Positions 29,591-38,586 of a DNA stretch of 64,000 bases are shown in pieces. How positions within the stretch are numbered: position 1 is the stretch's first letter; each line of letters begins with the position of its first letter. Source of the stretch: Candidatus Aquilonibacter sp. (GTDB lineage: Bacteria; Verrucomicrobiota; Verrucomicrobiia; Limisphaerales; UBA11358); assembly GCA_035504945.1 (NCBI GenBank), contig DATJRH010000011.1, positions 3,448-67,447 on the forward strand, written 5' to 3'. The notes beneath the pieces were generated by a model. That model made no database searches. It was not told where the DNA came from and worked only from the letters and a program-made list of their open reading frames with translations. The translations under genes were made by a program, and so were the position numbers.

Positions 29591-30735
29591 AAACGATTTG
29601 TTGGACGATTTTGGCCGCGATGGCCGCAACCGGCGCCGTCGCGCAGGACACAAATACTTTGCCGCCCATTCCCGCGCCGGTAACTTCACCGGCGCAGGAG
29701 ACCGCGCCCGCACCGGCAGTGGCGCCGGCGCCGAGCACGCCGGCCACCCGGCCAACCGCGCACCGGAAACGCGCCGCCACGCCAAGAAGGGCCGCGTTAG
29801 TGGAGCCAACCGTCACGCTCGTCCCCGGACCAGCGGAAGTCACCGCCAAGAATCTGAACGTCCGCGGCCAGGCCGGATTGCAAGGCGAATATCTCCTGCA
29901 CCTGAGTGTCGGTGATTCTGTCACGGTTTTGAGCGAAATCACGCTGGGCAAACACCGGGCCGACGAACCGGCACAGTGGGCGAAAATTTCCTTCCCAACC
30001 AACGGCCATGTTTGGGTCAGCGCACGATATATTGACCCGACGAATGACACGGTTCTGGCGAGGAAGTTGAATTTGCGCGCCGGGCCGGGTGAAAATTACA
30101 GCGTTCTCGGCATCATCGAGCGCGGCACACCTGTTTCCGAAATCACCCAGCGTGACGGCTGGATGCAAATCGAGCCGCCGCCGAACGCTTACGCCTTTGT
30201 CGCTGCGATGTATCTGAAACAAGAAGCTTCGGAAACTTTCGTGACCAATCCGCCGCCCTCGACGGAAACGGAAACAGAAGTGCCGATGACGACCAACGCC
30301 GTTCCCGAGCCGGAACCTGTTGTGGCCGGGCAAACGACCGAAACCAACACGCCTGCCACGACGGAGGCGAATTCCGGCGAGCCGGAAGCAACTGAAACGA
30401 ACACGACCAGCGCGGAAATTGATACAAACCTCCCGCCGCGCGTCGTGACGCATGAAGGTGTCGTTCGTCAGACCGGCAGCCTGATCACGCCGACAGAATA
30501 TGAATTGTATAACCCTTCCACGGATGTGAATGTGGATTTTCTTTACACGACTGCGACCAACCTGGATTTAGGCCGCTATGTCGGCATGAGAATCAACGTC
30601 ACCGGCACGGAGGGTCTGGCGGCGCGGTGGCCGGATGTTCCCGTCCTGACCATCCAGCGCATTCTGGTGATTGACACAAATGCCGTACAACAATTCATCA
30701 ACCGAAGCCCCAAGGGTGCAGAGCAACATCGTTGA
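29587..30735 (+). CDS. secreted protein with two bacterial SH3-like domains and a Pro/Thr/Glu-rich linker
   Basis: Signal peptide. KNLNVRGQAGLQGEYLLHLSVGDSV and RKLNLRAGPGENYSVLGIIERGTPV are SH3_3-like. Confidence 0.7.
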   Translation: MKTICWTILAAMAATGAVAQDTNTLPPIPAPVTSPAQETAPAPAVAPAPSTPATRPTAHRKRAATPRRAALVEPTVTLVPGPAEVTAKNLNVRGQAGLQGEYLLHLSVGDSVTVLSEITLGKHRADEPAQWAKISFPTNGHVWVSARYIDPTNDTVLARKLNLRAGPGENYSVLGIIERGTPVSEITQRDGWMQIEPPPNAYAFVAAMYLKQEASETFVTNPPPSTETETEVPMTTNAVPEPEPVVAGQTTETNTPATTEANSGEPEATETNTTSAEIDTNLPPRVVTHEGVVRQTGSLITPTEYELYNPSTDVNVDFLYTTATNLDLGRYVGMRINVTGTEGLAARWPDVPVLTIQRILVIDTNAVQQFINRSPKGAEQHR

Positions 30736-31630
30736 TGGCCGCGCCATCGCCGCGCAAATCCTGCGCGAACTGGCACAACGAGTGGTGACGTTGAAACAAC
30801 GCGGCGTCGCGCCCGGCCTCGCGTTCGTCCGCGTTGGCGAAGACGCCGCCTCCAAAATTTACGTCGGGCGCAAGGAAAAAGCCTGCGCCGAGCTTGGCAT
30901 TTTTTCAGAAACCAAAGTTCTGCCGGAAACCGCGACTGAAAACGAATTGCTCGCGCTCATCGGAAAATTGAATTCCGATTCACGCCTGCATGGGATCCTG
31001 GTCCAAGCACCGTTGCCCAAACACATTTCCGAGGCGAAAATCTATTCTGCTGTTTCGCCGGAAAAGGATGTGGACGGCTTTCATCCGGTCAACGTCGGCA
31101 AATTGATGCTTGGCGATGAAACCGGCTTCAAACCCTGCACGCCAGCGGGCATCGTCGAACTGCTCGCGCGCTCGGACGTGAAAACCAGCGGCGCGGAAGT
31201 GGTTATCCTCGGACGCGGCAACATTGTCGGCAAACCGATGGCTGCGATGCTTTGCCAGAAAGGCAAAAACGCGAATGCGACGGTGACGATCTGCCATTCC
31301 GCCACGCGCGACATCGAATCACATTGCCGCCGCGCGGACATTTTAATCGCCGCGATGGGCGTCGCCAATTTTGTCAAAGCCGAGATGGTCAAGCCCGGCG
31401 CGGCGGTGATGGATGTCGGCGTCAACCGCGTGGACGGAAAAATTGTCGGCGACGTGGATTTTGCCGCGGTCCAAAAAATTGCCGGAAAAATCACACCGAA
31501 TCCCGGCGGCGTTGGCCCGATGACGATTGCCATGCTCGTGTCGAACACGGTTCGTGCAGCCGAACGATCTTTGGTTAATGAACCCGTCATCACAATTGAA
31601 GGCCCAATTTCAAAACCCGTTCAGACATAA
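30716..31630 (+). CDS. folD: bifunctional methylenetetrahydrofolate dehydrogenase/cyclohydrolase
   Basis: IVDGRAIAAQI, LHGILVQAPLPKHI, DVDGFHP, GRGNIVGKPMA, TPNPGGVGPMTIAML. The GTG start at 30716 is inferred, and the track start at 30671 is possible. Confidence 0.85.
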   Translation: MQSNIVDGRAIAAQILRELAQRVVTLKQRGVAPGLAFVRVGEDAASKIYVGRKEKACAELGIFSETKVLPETATENELLALIGKLNSDSRLHGILVQAPLPKHISEAKIYSAVSPEKDVDGFHPVNVGKLMLGDETGFKPCTPAGIVELLARSDVKTSGAEVVILGRGNIVGKPMAAMLCQKGKNANATVTICHSATRDIESHCRRADILIAAMGVANFVKAEMVKPGAAVMDVGVNRVDGKIVGDVDFAAVQKIAGKITPNPGGVGPMTIAMLVSNTVRAAERSLVNEPVITIEGPISKPVQT

Positions 31631-31633
31631 TTT

Positions 31634-32062
31634 ATGCAAGCCACCCGAATTCTCCCCGACCTGCAGTCCTCGCTCTTGTGCGAGGAAGTCCGGCAGGAAG
31701 CCAACGGCAATCTTTTCCTCATCGGCGTCATCAACGTCATCCGCGTGCCGCAACTGCCCGTCGTGGCCGGACGGCTCTGCGTCTTCAACCGCTGGACCAC
31801 AGGCGTTGGCCAGTTCACCGAAACCATCCGGTTCATCGCGCCCGACCAGACAACCGTGATCCGCAAAGGCGAAGTTAAGTTGGAATTGCGCGACCCGTCG
31901 GTGCAGGCCACGAATGTCATGGTCTTCGGCCAGGTCGAGTTCAAGTCCGCCGGCACTTATTTCATCGAAGTCCTTGTGGACGACGTGATGAAGTTGCGTT
32001 ATCCGGTTCCCGTCATCCATACGCCGCCGCCAAATCAAAATCCTCCGCCGGAAAAGAAATGA
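31634..32062 (+). CDS. hypothetical protein
   Basis: 142-aa ORF starting 4 nt after folD, with coding-like composition. No motif recognised. Confidence 0.6.
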   Translation: MQATRILPDLQSSLLCEEVRQEANGNLFLIGVINVIRVPQLPVVAGRLCVFNRWTTGVGQFTETIRFIAPDQTTVIRKGEVKLELRDPSVQATNVMVFGQVEFKSAGTYFIEVLVDDVMKLRYPVPVIHTPPPNQNPPPEKK

Positions 32063-32133
32063 CGTTGAAGCGCGAAGGTTCGATTTGCTTCAACCGTTCA
32101 GCGCTTTAACCCTTCACCAAATTTGGTAATGTC

Positions 32134-32946
32134 GTGGCGATGAGCGCCTTCGCTTCCACTTTTGCCGAGCCAATCACGCCGCGCGGCGTCGCGGCGTTTG
32201 CCCGCGCGAAATTCAGCCGGCTGCTCCTCACCCAGCTGGCCGTTGCGCTGCTTGGCGCTGCGTCGGTTGCCTGCTTTCTTGACGGCAGTTGCTTTCCGGT
32301 CATTCGCGCCGCGATTGAAAAACTGCCCGTCGCGGGGAAAATCTCTTCGGGCGAACTGGACTGGGGCGGCAACTCGCCGCAAATGCTCGCGGAAGGAAAT
32401 TTTCTGGCGTTCGACGTGGACCTGGATCATTCCGGCCAAATCCACTCGACCACCGCCGGCGTGCAAATTGAATTCGGCAAAAATTCCATCCGCGTTTTCT
32501 CATTGCTCGGTTACACGGAATTTTTTTACCCACCAGACCGATTCGCGCCGTTCAACCGTCCGGAGCTTGAGCCGCTTTGGGGCGCGTGGTCGGCGGAAAT
32601 TTTATTCATCGCCGCTGCTGTAACTTTTCTCGGCTTGCTTTTAAGCTGGTGGTTTCTGGCAACAATCTATTTTTTGCCGGTCTGGCTGCTCGGATTTTTT
32701 GCGAACCGCGACTTGAATTTCCGCGCCTGCTGGAAATTGTCCGCCGCCGCGCTGCTGCCCGGCGCGCTGCTGATGGCCGCGGGCATTGTGCTTTACGATT
32801 TCGGATTTCTACAGCTGGTCTCGTTTGGATTTGTCTTCGCGGCGCATTTCGTTCTTGGCTGGATTTATGCGTTTGTCAGCCTGCTGTTCGTGCCGGGGAT
32901 TTCCGAAACGAAACCGAAAGGAAATCCGTTCCAGCCGCGCAAATAA
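32134..32946 (+). CDS. hypothetical integral membrane protein
   Basis: Several TM helices (LLLTQLAVALLGAASVACF, FIAAAVTFLGLLLSWWFLATIYFLPVWLLGFF, and others). GTG 32134 or ATG 32140. Confidence 0.6.
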   Translation: MAMSAFASTFAEPITPRGVAAFARAKFSRLLLTQLAVALLGAASVACFLDGSCFPVIRAAIEKLPVAGKISSGELDWGGNSPQMLAEGNFLAFDVDLDHSGQIHSTTAGVQIEFGKNSIRVFSLLGYTEFFYPPDRFAPFNRPELEPLWGAWSAEILFIAAAVTFLGLLLSWWFLATIYFLPVWLLGFFANRDLNFRACWKLSAAALLPGALLMAAGIVLYDFGFLQLVSFGFVFAAHFVLGWIYAFVSLLFVPGISETKPKGNPFQPRK

Positions 32947-32999
32947 ACACCGGCTCTGGCGAAAATCAGTTGTCCTCTGGACTGAATCCGATTGCGGGC

Positions 33000-33249
33000 G
33001 ATATTATTTTCGCCGAAGCCGGCGTTATCTTCACCGAGACCGATGTTAATTACCTTGAGTGCAATCTTATTTTCACCGAGACCGATGTTATTTTCATCGG
33101 GCTTGACGATTTTACGTCAAACATGAAGTTATTTTCATCACGTGCGACGTTAATCACGTCGAGGCCGGGGTAATTTCATCGGTTTCGAGCTTAATTACGT
33201 CAAAGCCACCGTTAATATCGTCGAATTCGATATTATTTTCCCCGAAGAT
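33000..33249. repeat. degenerate 21-bp tandem array, about 12 units
   Basis: Units include GATATTATTTTCGCCGAAGCC, GGCGTTATCTTCACCGAGACC, GATGTTAATTACCTTGAGTGC and AATCTTATTTTCACCGAGACC, ending in GATATTATTTTCCCCGAAGAT. Two units are 20 nt. Lies between convergent genes. Confidence 0.8.
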
Positions 33250-33318
33250 AACATTCTAAACCTCTGTTTTACAGATGTTTGTCACAAATCCACCCAAAAT
33301 TATCGTGCGGTGGTCGTT

Positions 33319-33906
33319 TTACGCCTTTGTCCCGGTGACGGTGGGAGTGACCGGCGTGGCATGAGGATGGCCGGGGAAACGGGCTTTGAGATCATCATAA
33401 ATGGCTTGCGCGCCGGGCACGTTGCGCTTGGCCGCCATTTGCACGCTTTGATAGAACGACAAATCCGGCAGGTAAATCTGATGCGAGAGCACCATCTCGG
33501 TGTCGTTGAGCGGTTGATAAACGTCAAAGAGCGCGTGCATGATGTCGGCCACGTCCGTCCATCCCGCGCGATCCTGGCCGAGTTGAGTCATGTCCACAAA
33601 ACCGGGGATCAAATCCGGCCGGCTGGCCATGTAACTGGCGCACTTCTGTTCAAAGCCGACGGTCTTGTCGCCCAGCTTGAGCATTTTTTTGCGCTGCTCA
33701 TCCGTCAGGCCGATGGTGAAAGTCAGCGCCGCTTTCAAGCCGGCAATCTGGGCGAGGATGGCGGCTTTTTGGTCGGGCGTAATGACGACGGAAACGGGCG
33801 TGTCCGTTGCCAATGGAGTTGGCGCGGCGGCGGCTGGCGCGGCTGTCGAAGCGGGCTTGGACGGTTGGCGTATGGTTTGGATTTTTTTGGTTTGGGTTGT
33901 TTTCAT
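33319..33906 (-). CDS. hypothetical protein
   Basis: 195-aa ORF with coding-like composition. Ala/Pro-rich N-terminus, then LTDEQRKKMLKLGDKTVGFEQKCASYMASRPDLIPGFVD. No function recognised. Confidence 0.55.
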   Translation of the reverse strand: MKTTQTKKIQTIRQPSKPASTAAPAAAAPTPLATDTPVSVVITPDQKAAILAQIAGLKAALTFTIGLTDEQRKKMLKLGDKTVGFEQKCASYMASRPDLIPGFVDMTQLGQDRAGWTDVADIMHALFDVYQPLNDTEMVLSHQIYLPDLSFYQSVQMAAKRNVPGAQAIYDDLKARFPGHPHATPVTPTVTGTKA

Positions 33907-34140
33907 GCGGAAAGTGGAACAGATCTTTCAAAAGAATGCTTTCCATCCTTTGCCAGACTTAAACCATTTATTGCCCCGCATTTTTGCGGAAAAATGAGTC
34001 GTGCGCGTTGAGCCAGCGCCGTGGCCGCGAAATCTTTGTAGCGCGTGAATTGAATTTTCCAAAAGTTCTGTGGGAACGAAATCCGTAGCGTCGGACTGTC
34101 ACCGACGACAACCCGGCGCTGACACAGCGCCGCTACAGCG

Positions 34141-34480
34141 GAAGATGCCGCCCCGACGGGGCTTGAATTTGATTTGGGTGGTGGTTCTACAAAGATGCCG
34201 CGCCGACGGCGCTGTGGAGTGCGGCGATAATAGCCCGGCCTTTCAAGGCTGGGTTAAAATGCAAAAATAAATTAGTCCCGCAGGGACGGCAGACAATGTG
34301 TCGGCCGTCTGCAAAGACCTTTCGTCCTTGACGGGACTTTGAAAATTTCCAAATCGTGAACCCAGCCATGAATGGCTGGGCTATCGTCAAAGACAGATGC
34401 CGCCCCGCGCAATAACTGGAATTTGGTTTGGGTTGTGGTTCTACAAAGATGTCGCGCCTACGGCGCTACGGCAGGCCGCA
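34141..34480. repeat. REP-like structured intergenic block with a ~75-bp direct repeat pair and several hairpins
   Basis: 34141-34225 and 34393-34480 share AGATGCCGCCCC...GAATTTG.TTTGGGT.GTGGTTCTACAAAGATG.CGCGCC.ACGGCGCT. Hairpins: GACGGC..GCCGTC, and CCCAGCCAT-GA-ATGGCTGGG (9-bp perfect stem). Confidence 0.6.
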
Positions 34481-34698
34481 AACGTCGCGCAGGCGTTTGG
34501 TCATGACGAACAGGCATGGGCGATATATCAACGTCCATTCCACACGGGGATTTTCAACGGGGACGACGGACGATTTTCCTTTGATTGTCGGAGCTTGTCC
34601 CAAGTAATGACCAAAACCGGGTCTAATGCGGTTTTTAGTTGCATTTATTCTGGTTGAGGTGTAAATCGGCAGCGGTAAGAGGCGAAAGGAATCCATTT

Positions 34699-36297
34699 AT
34701 GAAAATCAAACTGCAATATCTCTGCATCTTGCTGGCGTTGCTCGCCGGCATTCATCAAGCCGTTGCCCAAGGCACGACGGCGTTCACTTATCAAGGCCAG
34801 CTCCACGATGGCGGCACCAACGCCAACGGCACTTACACGATGATTTTCAAACTTTACGATTCCAGCACCAGCGGGAATCAGATTGGCAGCACCATCACCA
34901 CCAGCCCCACGCTCGCCAACGGACTTTTCTCCGTGAATCTGGATTTTGGCGCGGGTTCTTTCAACGGCAGTGCGCGTTATCTGGACATCACCGTGCAGAG
35001 CGGCAGCGACAGCGAGGAACTATCGCCGCGCGTGCAGGTGTTGCCCGCGCCGTATGCGCTTTATTCCGCCGTCGCAGCCACGGTGACAAATGGCGCAATT
35101 ATGAACGCACAACTGGCCGGTAACGCGGTGAATACTACCAATATTCAAACCAACGCCATCACGTCAGAACAATTGGCATCAGATTCTGCAAGCCTTTCCC
35201 AAGTGTCAGGAGGCACAGTTTACGTCCAAAGCAACAGCATGGTTTCATTTACCGGAGGCGGGGTAACCTTGTCGGAGAATTTCGGAGTAGAAGTTCCACC
35301 TTCTACATGGAATATCGTGAACGGCTACTCCTACACTGAAAACGAGGATGGTTTTGACCCCGGTTATTTTGTTGATTTGTTGTCGTTCGTCGGTTCAAGC
35401 GGAGACGTTCCACTGCAAATCCTGGATGAGCAGCAAACCGGCTGGTCTGGCATTTCAACCCCAAATCTTTATGCGGATACTGTTTACGCCAGTAACGTCG
35501 TCGCCGCGGGCACGTTTTACGGCGACGGCAGTGGTTTGACTAATTTGAGCGTAAGTCCGGTTCCATGCATGCAGGTTTTCGACACGCCTGGAACTTATCA
35601 ATTCACTGTTCCCCAAAACGTAACAAAAATCATGGTTGAGGTGTGGGGCGGCGGCGGTGGCGGCGGCAACGCCTTCGAATATCCCTATGAAACTTTTCTT
35701 AGCGGCGAGCAAGGGAGTCCTTCTACCGGATACGTGCCTGGAAGCGGTGGTGGAGCGGGCGGATACGGGAAAGGAGTATTTGTTGTCACTCCCGGAGAGA
35801 CAATTACGATGACAGTTGGATTGGGCGGCTCTCCAGGCGCCAATGGCGGCACTTCCAGTGTTGTGGATGGTTCCGAGAATACTCTCATCAGTTCTACAGG
35901 AGGCTTTGGGGCAACTACCAATTCTTTTTTTGGGGTGGCATCTGGAAATTACTGGTCTGTAACTGAATGGTCTGTTCCGGGAGCGGGAGGCACCAATGGC
36001 TCTCCTATAAACATAACAGGGGGTAGTGGTAGTCTCGCTAATTATAATAATGCTGGTAATGTTGATAGCGGTGGTGACGGTGGAAGCGCAGGTCGCGGCG
36101 GCAGCGGTGGCAAAGGTGACGGATTTACTTATTATTCTCGTTCGGATTCGGAATATGTGAATGGATCATCCGGAGCTGGTGCTGGCCAATTTCCTGGCGG
36201 TGGAGGTGGTGGGGGGGCATATAATTCACTTCCATATCCTGTCGTGTTAGACCCAGGTGCTTCAGGCGGAAATGGGGAAGTGGTTATCTATTACTGA
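34699..36297 (+). CDS. secreted tail-fibre-like protein with C-terminal glycine-rich domain
   Basis: Signal peptide MKIKLQYLCILLALLAGIHQAVAQG. N-terminal FTYQGQL.DGG..ANG.Y...FKLYD....G...G module. C-terminal PGTYQFTVPQNVTKIMVEVWGGGGGGG...GGGAGGYG...GG glycine-rich domain. Confidence 0.75.
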   Translation: MKIKLQYLCILLALLAGIHQAVAQGTTAFTYQGQLHDGGTNANGTYTMIFKLYDSSTSGNQIGSTITTSPTLANGLFSVNLDFGAGSFNGSARYLDITVQSGSDSEELSPRVQVLPAPYALYSAVAATVTNGAIMNAQLAGNAVNTTNIQTNAITSEQLASDSASLSQVSGGTVYVQSNSMVSFTGGGVTLSENFGVEVPPSTWNIVNGYSYTENEDGFDPGYFVDLLSFVGSSGDVPLQILDEQQTGWSGISTPNLYADTVYASNVVAAGTFYGDGSGLTNLSVSPVPCMQVFDTPGTYQFTVPQNVTKIMVEVWGGGGGGGNAFEYPYETFLSGEQGSPSTGYVPGSGGGAGGYGKGVFVVTPGETITMTVGLGGSPGANGGTSSVVDGSENTLISSTGGFGATTNSFFGVASGNYWSVTEWSVPGAGGTNGSPINITGGSGSLANYNNAGNVDSGGDGGSAGRGGSGGKGDGFTYYSRSDSEYVNGSSGAGAGQFPGGGGGGGAYNSLPYPVVLDPGASGGNGEVVIYY

Positions 36298-36305
36298 TAA
36301 ATGCA

Positions 36306-36740
36306 ATGAGAATTTTTCTCTTATTTCTGTTTGTTTTCGTTTCGGCTACTGGTTTTGCCCAAAGCAGCAGCCGTTTCACCATCACTCGCAGCGTGATTGC
36401 CGGTGGCGGCACGACATTTAGCAGCGGCGCGCGGTTTCAACTGGGCAGCACCGTCGCGCAACCGTTGGCCGCCGTGCCGAGCAGCGCGCGATTTTCCATC
36501 CAGGGCGGCTTTTGGATTCGTCCCGCGCCCATCTTCTTTGCGCCAACCGCCGTGAACGGCAACTTCATGGTTTCGATTCAAAGTGAACCCGGCGAAAATT
36601 ACATTGTCAGCTACGCCAATTCCCTTTCCAGCCAAAGCTGGCAGACTCTCACCAACATCACGGGCAACGGCTCGGTGATCACCGTGACCAATTCCGCACC
36701 CGGCGTCACTAGCAGATTTTTCCGCCTCATCCAGCAATAG
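36306..36740 (+). CDS. small secreted protein consisting mainly of an FYR-type module
   Basis: Signal peptide MRIFLLFLFVFVSATGFAQS. RFTITRSVIAGGG...RFSIQGGFW. Ends in TSRFFRLIQQ. Starts 9 nt after the previous gene. Confidence 0.7.
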   Translation: MRIFLLFLFVFVSATGFAQSSSRFTITRSVIAGGGTTFSSGARFQLGSTVAQPLAAVPSSARFSIQGGFWIRPAPIFFAPTAVNGNFMVSIQSEPGENYIVSYANSLSSQSWQTLTNITGNGSVITVTNSAPGVTSRFFRLIQQ

Positions 36741-36746
36741 GATAAT

Positions 36747-37154
36747 TCACGCCAGCTTCTTCGCAATGTGCTCGTCGAGGATTTCCTGCACGGTCAGGGC
36801 GACGATGACTTTGTGGCTACGCTTGAAGAAGGATTCAATTTCGCGCAAGGCGTCGTCGGAATAATCAAACGACACGAAGAAACCTTTCTCGCAATCTTCG
36901 CGCATCATCATGGCTTCAAAGGAATCAATGTCGGGACGACCGACTTTGTCTTTTTGTTTCACTTGAATCGGATACCAGCGTTCTTTCAGGGCGAGTTCGC
37001 CTTCCTGTTTTTTGCGGGGCGTGGCGGCGGAACTCACGGGATAAATGCGGCCATCCACGCCCATGTCACCGACCTGGACTTTGTTCGGGATGCCGCCGAG
37101 AGCGATGACGGCCCGGTTTTCAAATTCAAATGGCGGAATGGCGTCACTTTGCAT
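36747..37154 (-). pseudogene. C-terminal Mrr-like nuclease-domain remnant of a methyltransferase-nuclease fusion (locus A)
   Basis: FEFENRAVIALGGIPNKVQVGDMGVDGRIY...WYPIQVKQKDKVGRPDIDSF aligns by eye with YQFQWWALGLVGARPVEQKKGADHGIDGKIL...IIIQVKGGKTGVKDVRDL of 57714..58574. The methyltransferase part is missing. Confidence 0.6.
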
Positions 37155-38577
37155 TTTTCTTTCCAGACGAACGTTTGCGTGGAATCCGGTAAACAATTTT
37201 TTGAGGATGTTGTGGAAGTTTCCATTTTGCCGGCTTGTCCCTCAATGCAACGACGTTTGGTTGTGACTCAAACTCCAGTGTGTTGGCAGTTCGATAAAGA
37301 CAAAAATTTTCAGCAATTCCGTTGGTTGTGGTTTCCTGCTCAACATTTGTGTTTGTGTTGCTGCCGAAAAGCTCCAAATGATTTTCCGCAACGGTCTTTC
37401 TTTTCTTCGTAACGTAATCGCCCATTGGCCGGCTGCCAAAGCGCAGTCGGTTGACGATTGCGCCAATTGCTTCATTGCTGTTATCAATTCCAATCCACCG
37501 TCGCCCTAAATTCCCGGCGGCAATCAGCGTTGTTCCCGAACCAGCAAAACAATCCAACACCAAGTCTCCCGGATTGGAGGATGCGCTGATAATTTGTTCC
37601 AGCATCTCGATGTTCTTCTCGGTTGGATAGCCCGTAATTTCGATGTTCTGGTTGTGAGCATCTTTGAAATCCAGCCAGATGTCTTGGACGGGAATCCCAT
37701 TGCTGTCGTCCAGGTAGATTTTTCGTCGGGGATTGCCGTTTGAGGACCAGAAGATTTCTCCTCTTCGATCCATTTCCTCCAGAACACTCGGCGGGAACTG
37801 CCAGTGCTTGCCGGGCGGCGGCAAAACACCGCGCCAAGGCTTCCCCGTTTCACCATTTCGGATGCCGGGCGCATGAATGGGAACTTTTTTGAATCTGCGT
37901 CCGGTTGATGCTTCCTCGTAAGTATATTCTTTTTTGGCGGTTTCTTCCGACCAGGCAATCACGGGACGATTCCAGATGTAAGTTTCTGTCTTTGAGTAAA
38001 ACAAAATATAATCGGAAATGTTTCCGTAAGTGCGGCGGGTGTAATTCTTGGTGTTGCACTTCTTTCGAGTGATAAAGTTTCTGAAATTTGCAGCGCCAAA
38101 AACTTCGTCCATCACGATCTTCATTGGAAATGCCATGTTTTCGTCAAGGTGGACATAGATTGAGCCGCGCGCCGAAAGTAATTCGCGGAGCAGAACCAAA
38201 CGTTCCCGAAGGAATTCGACAAACGCCGAGCCGGACAGCAAATCATGGTAGGCAATTTTCTGCTCGCGGGATTCAAAGACACTGTTCGTTGAATAGGGTG
38301 GATCAATATAAACGAGCGACACTTGCCCCCGAACAGCGGAATCATCCAAAAGAGTTCCGAGAATTTCCACATTGTCGCCGAAATAGAGCCTGTTTGCCCA
38401 CCCCTGCGAATGTCTTGGCGGCTGGGCGACGGTTAATTTTGCCTTCGGGCAATCGGCAATGATTTCAGAAGCCGTTCGCTTACCCTCATAATCCAAATTA
38501 AACTGACCACTTGTTCGCTGGTCGTGGCGATTTTCGACCGAGCCATTGGTTTTTGATTTTGGAATGCCGGTTGCCAT
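37144..38577 (-). CDS. DNA methyltransferase, beta class (DPPY)
   Basis: SLVYIDPPYSTNS (motif IV) and VLDCFAGSGTTLIAAGNLGRRWIGIDN (motif I). Visibly AT-richer than the flanks. Confidence 0.85.
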   Translation of the reverse strand: MATGIPKSKTNGSVENRHDQRTSGQFNLDYEGKRTASEIIADCPKAKLTVAQPPRHSQGWANRLYFGDNVEILGTLLDDSAVRGQVSLVYIDPPYSTNSVFESREQKIAYHDLLSGSAFVEFLRERLVLLRELLSARGSIYVHLDENMAFPMKIVMDEVFGAANFRNFITRKKCNTKNYTRRTYGNISDYILFYSKTETYIWNRPVIAWSEETAKKEYTYEEASTGRRFKKVPIHAPGIRNGETGKPWRGVLPPPGKHWQFPPSVLEEMDRRGEIFWSSNGNPRRKIYLDDSNGIPVQDIWLDFKDAHNQNIEITGYPTEKNIEMLEQIISASSNPGDLVLDCFAGSGTTLIAAGNLGRRWIGIDNSNEAIGAIVNRLRFGSRPMGDYVTKKRKTVAENHLELFGSNTNTNVEQETTTNGIAENFCLYRTANTLEFESQPNVVALRDKPAKWKLPQHPQKIVYRIPRKRSSGKKNAK

Positions 38578-38586
38578 GGGAGATTT

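Noticed and set aside
33000-33249. Possible CRISPR array
   Set aside because: The 21-bp units are contiguous with no unique spacers and are degenerate. No cas genes are in the window.
34699-36740. Prophage
   Set aside because: Only a tail-fibre-like protein is present. I recognised no capsid, portal, terminase, integrase or lysis genes anywhere in the window.
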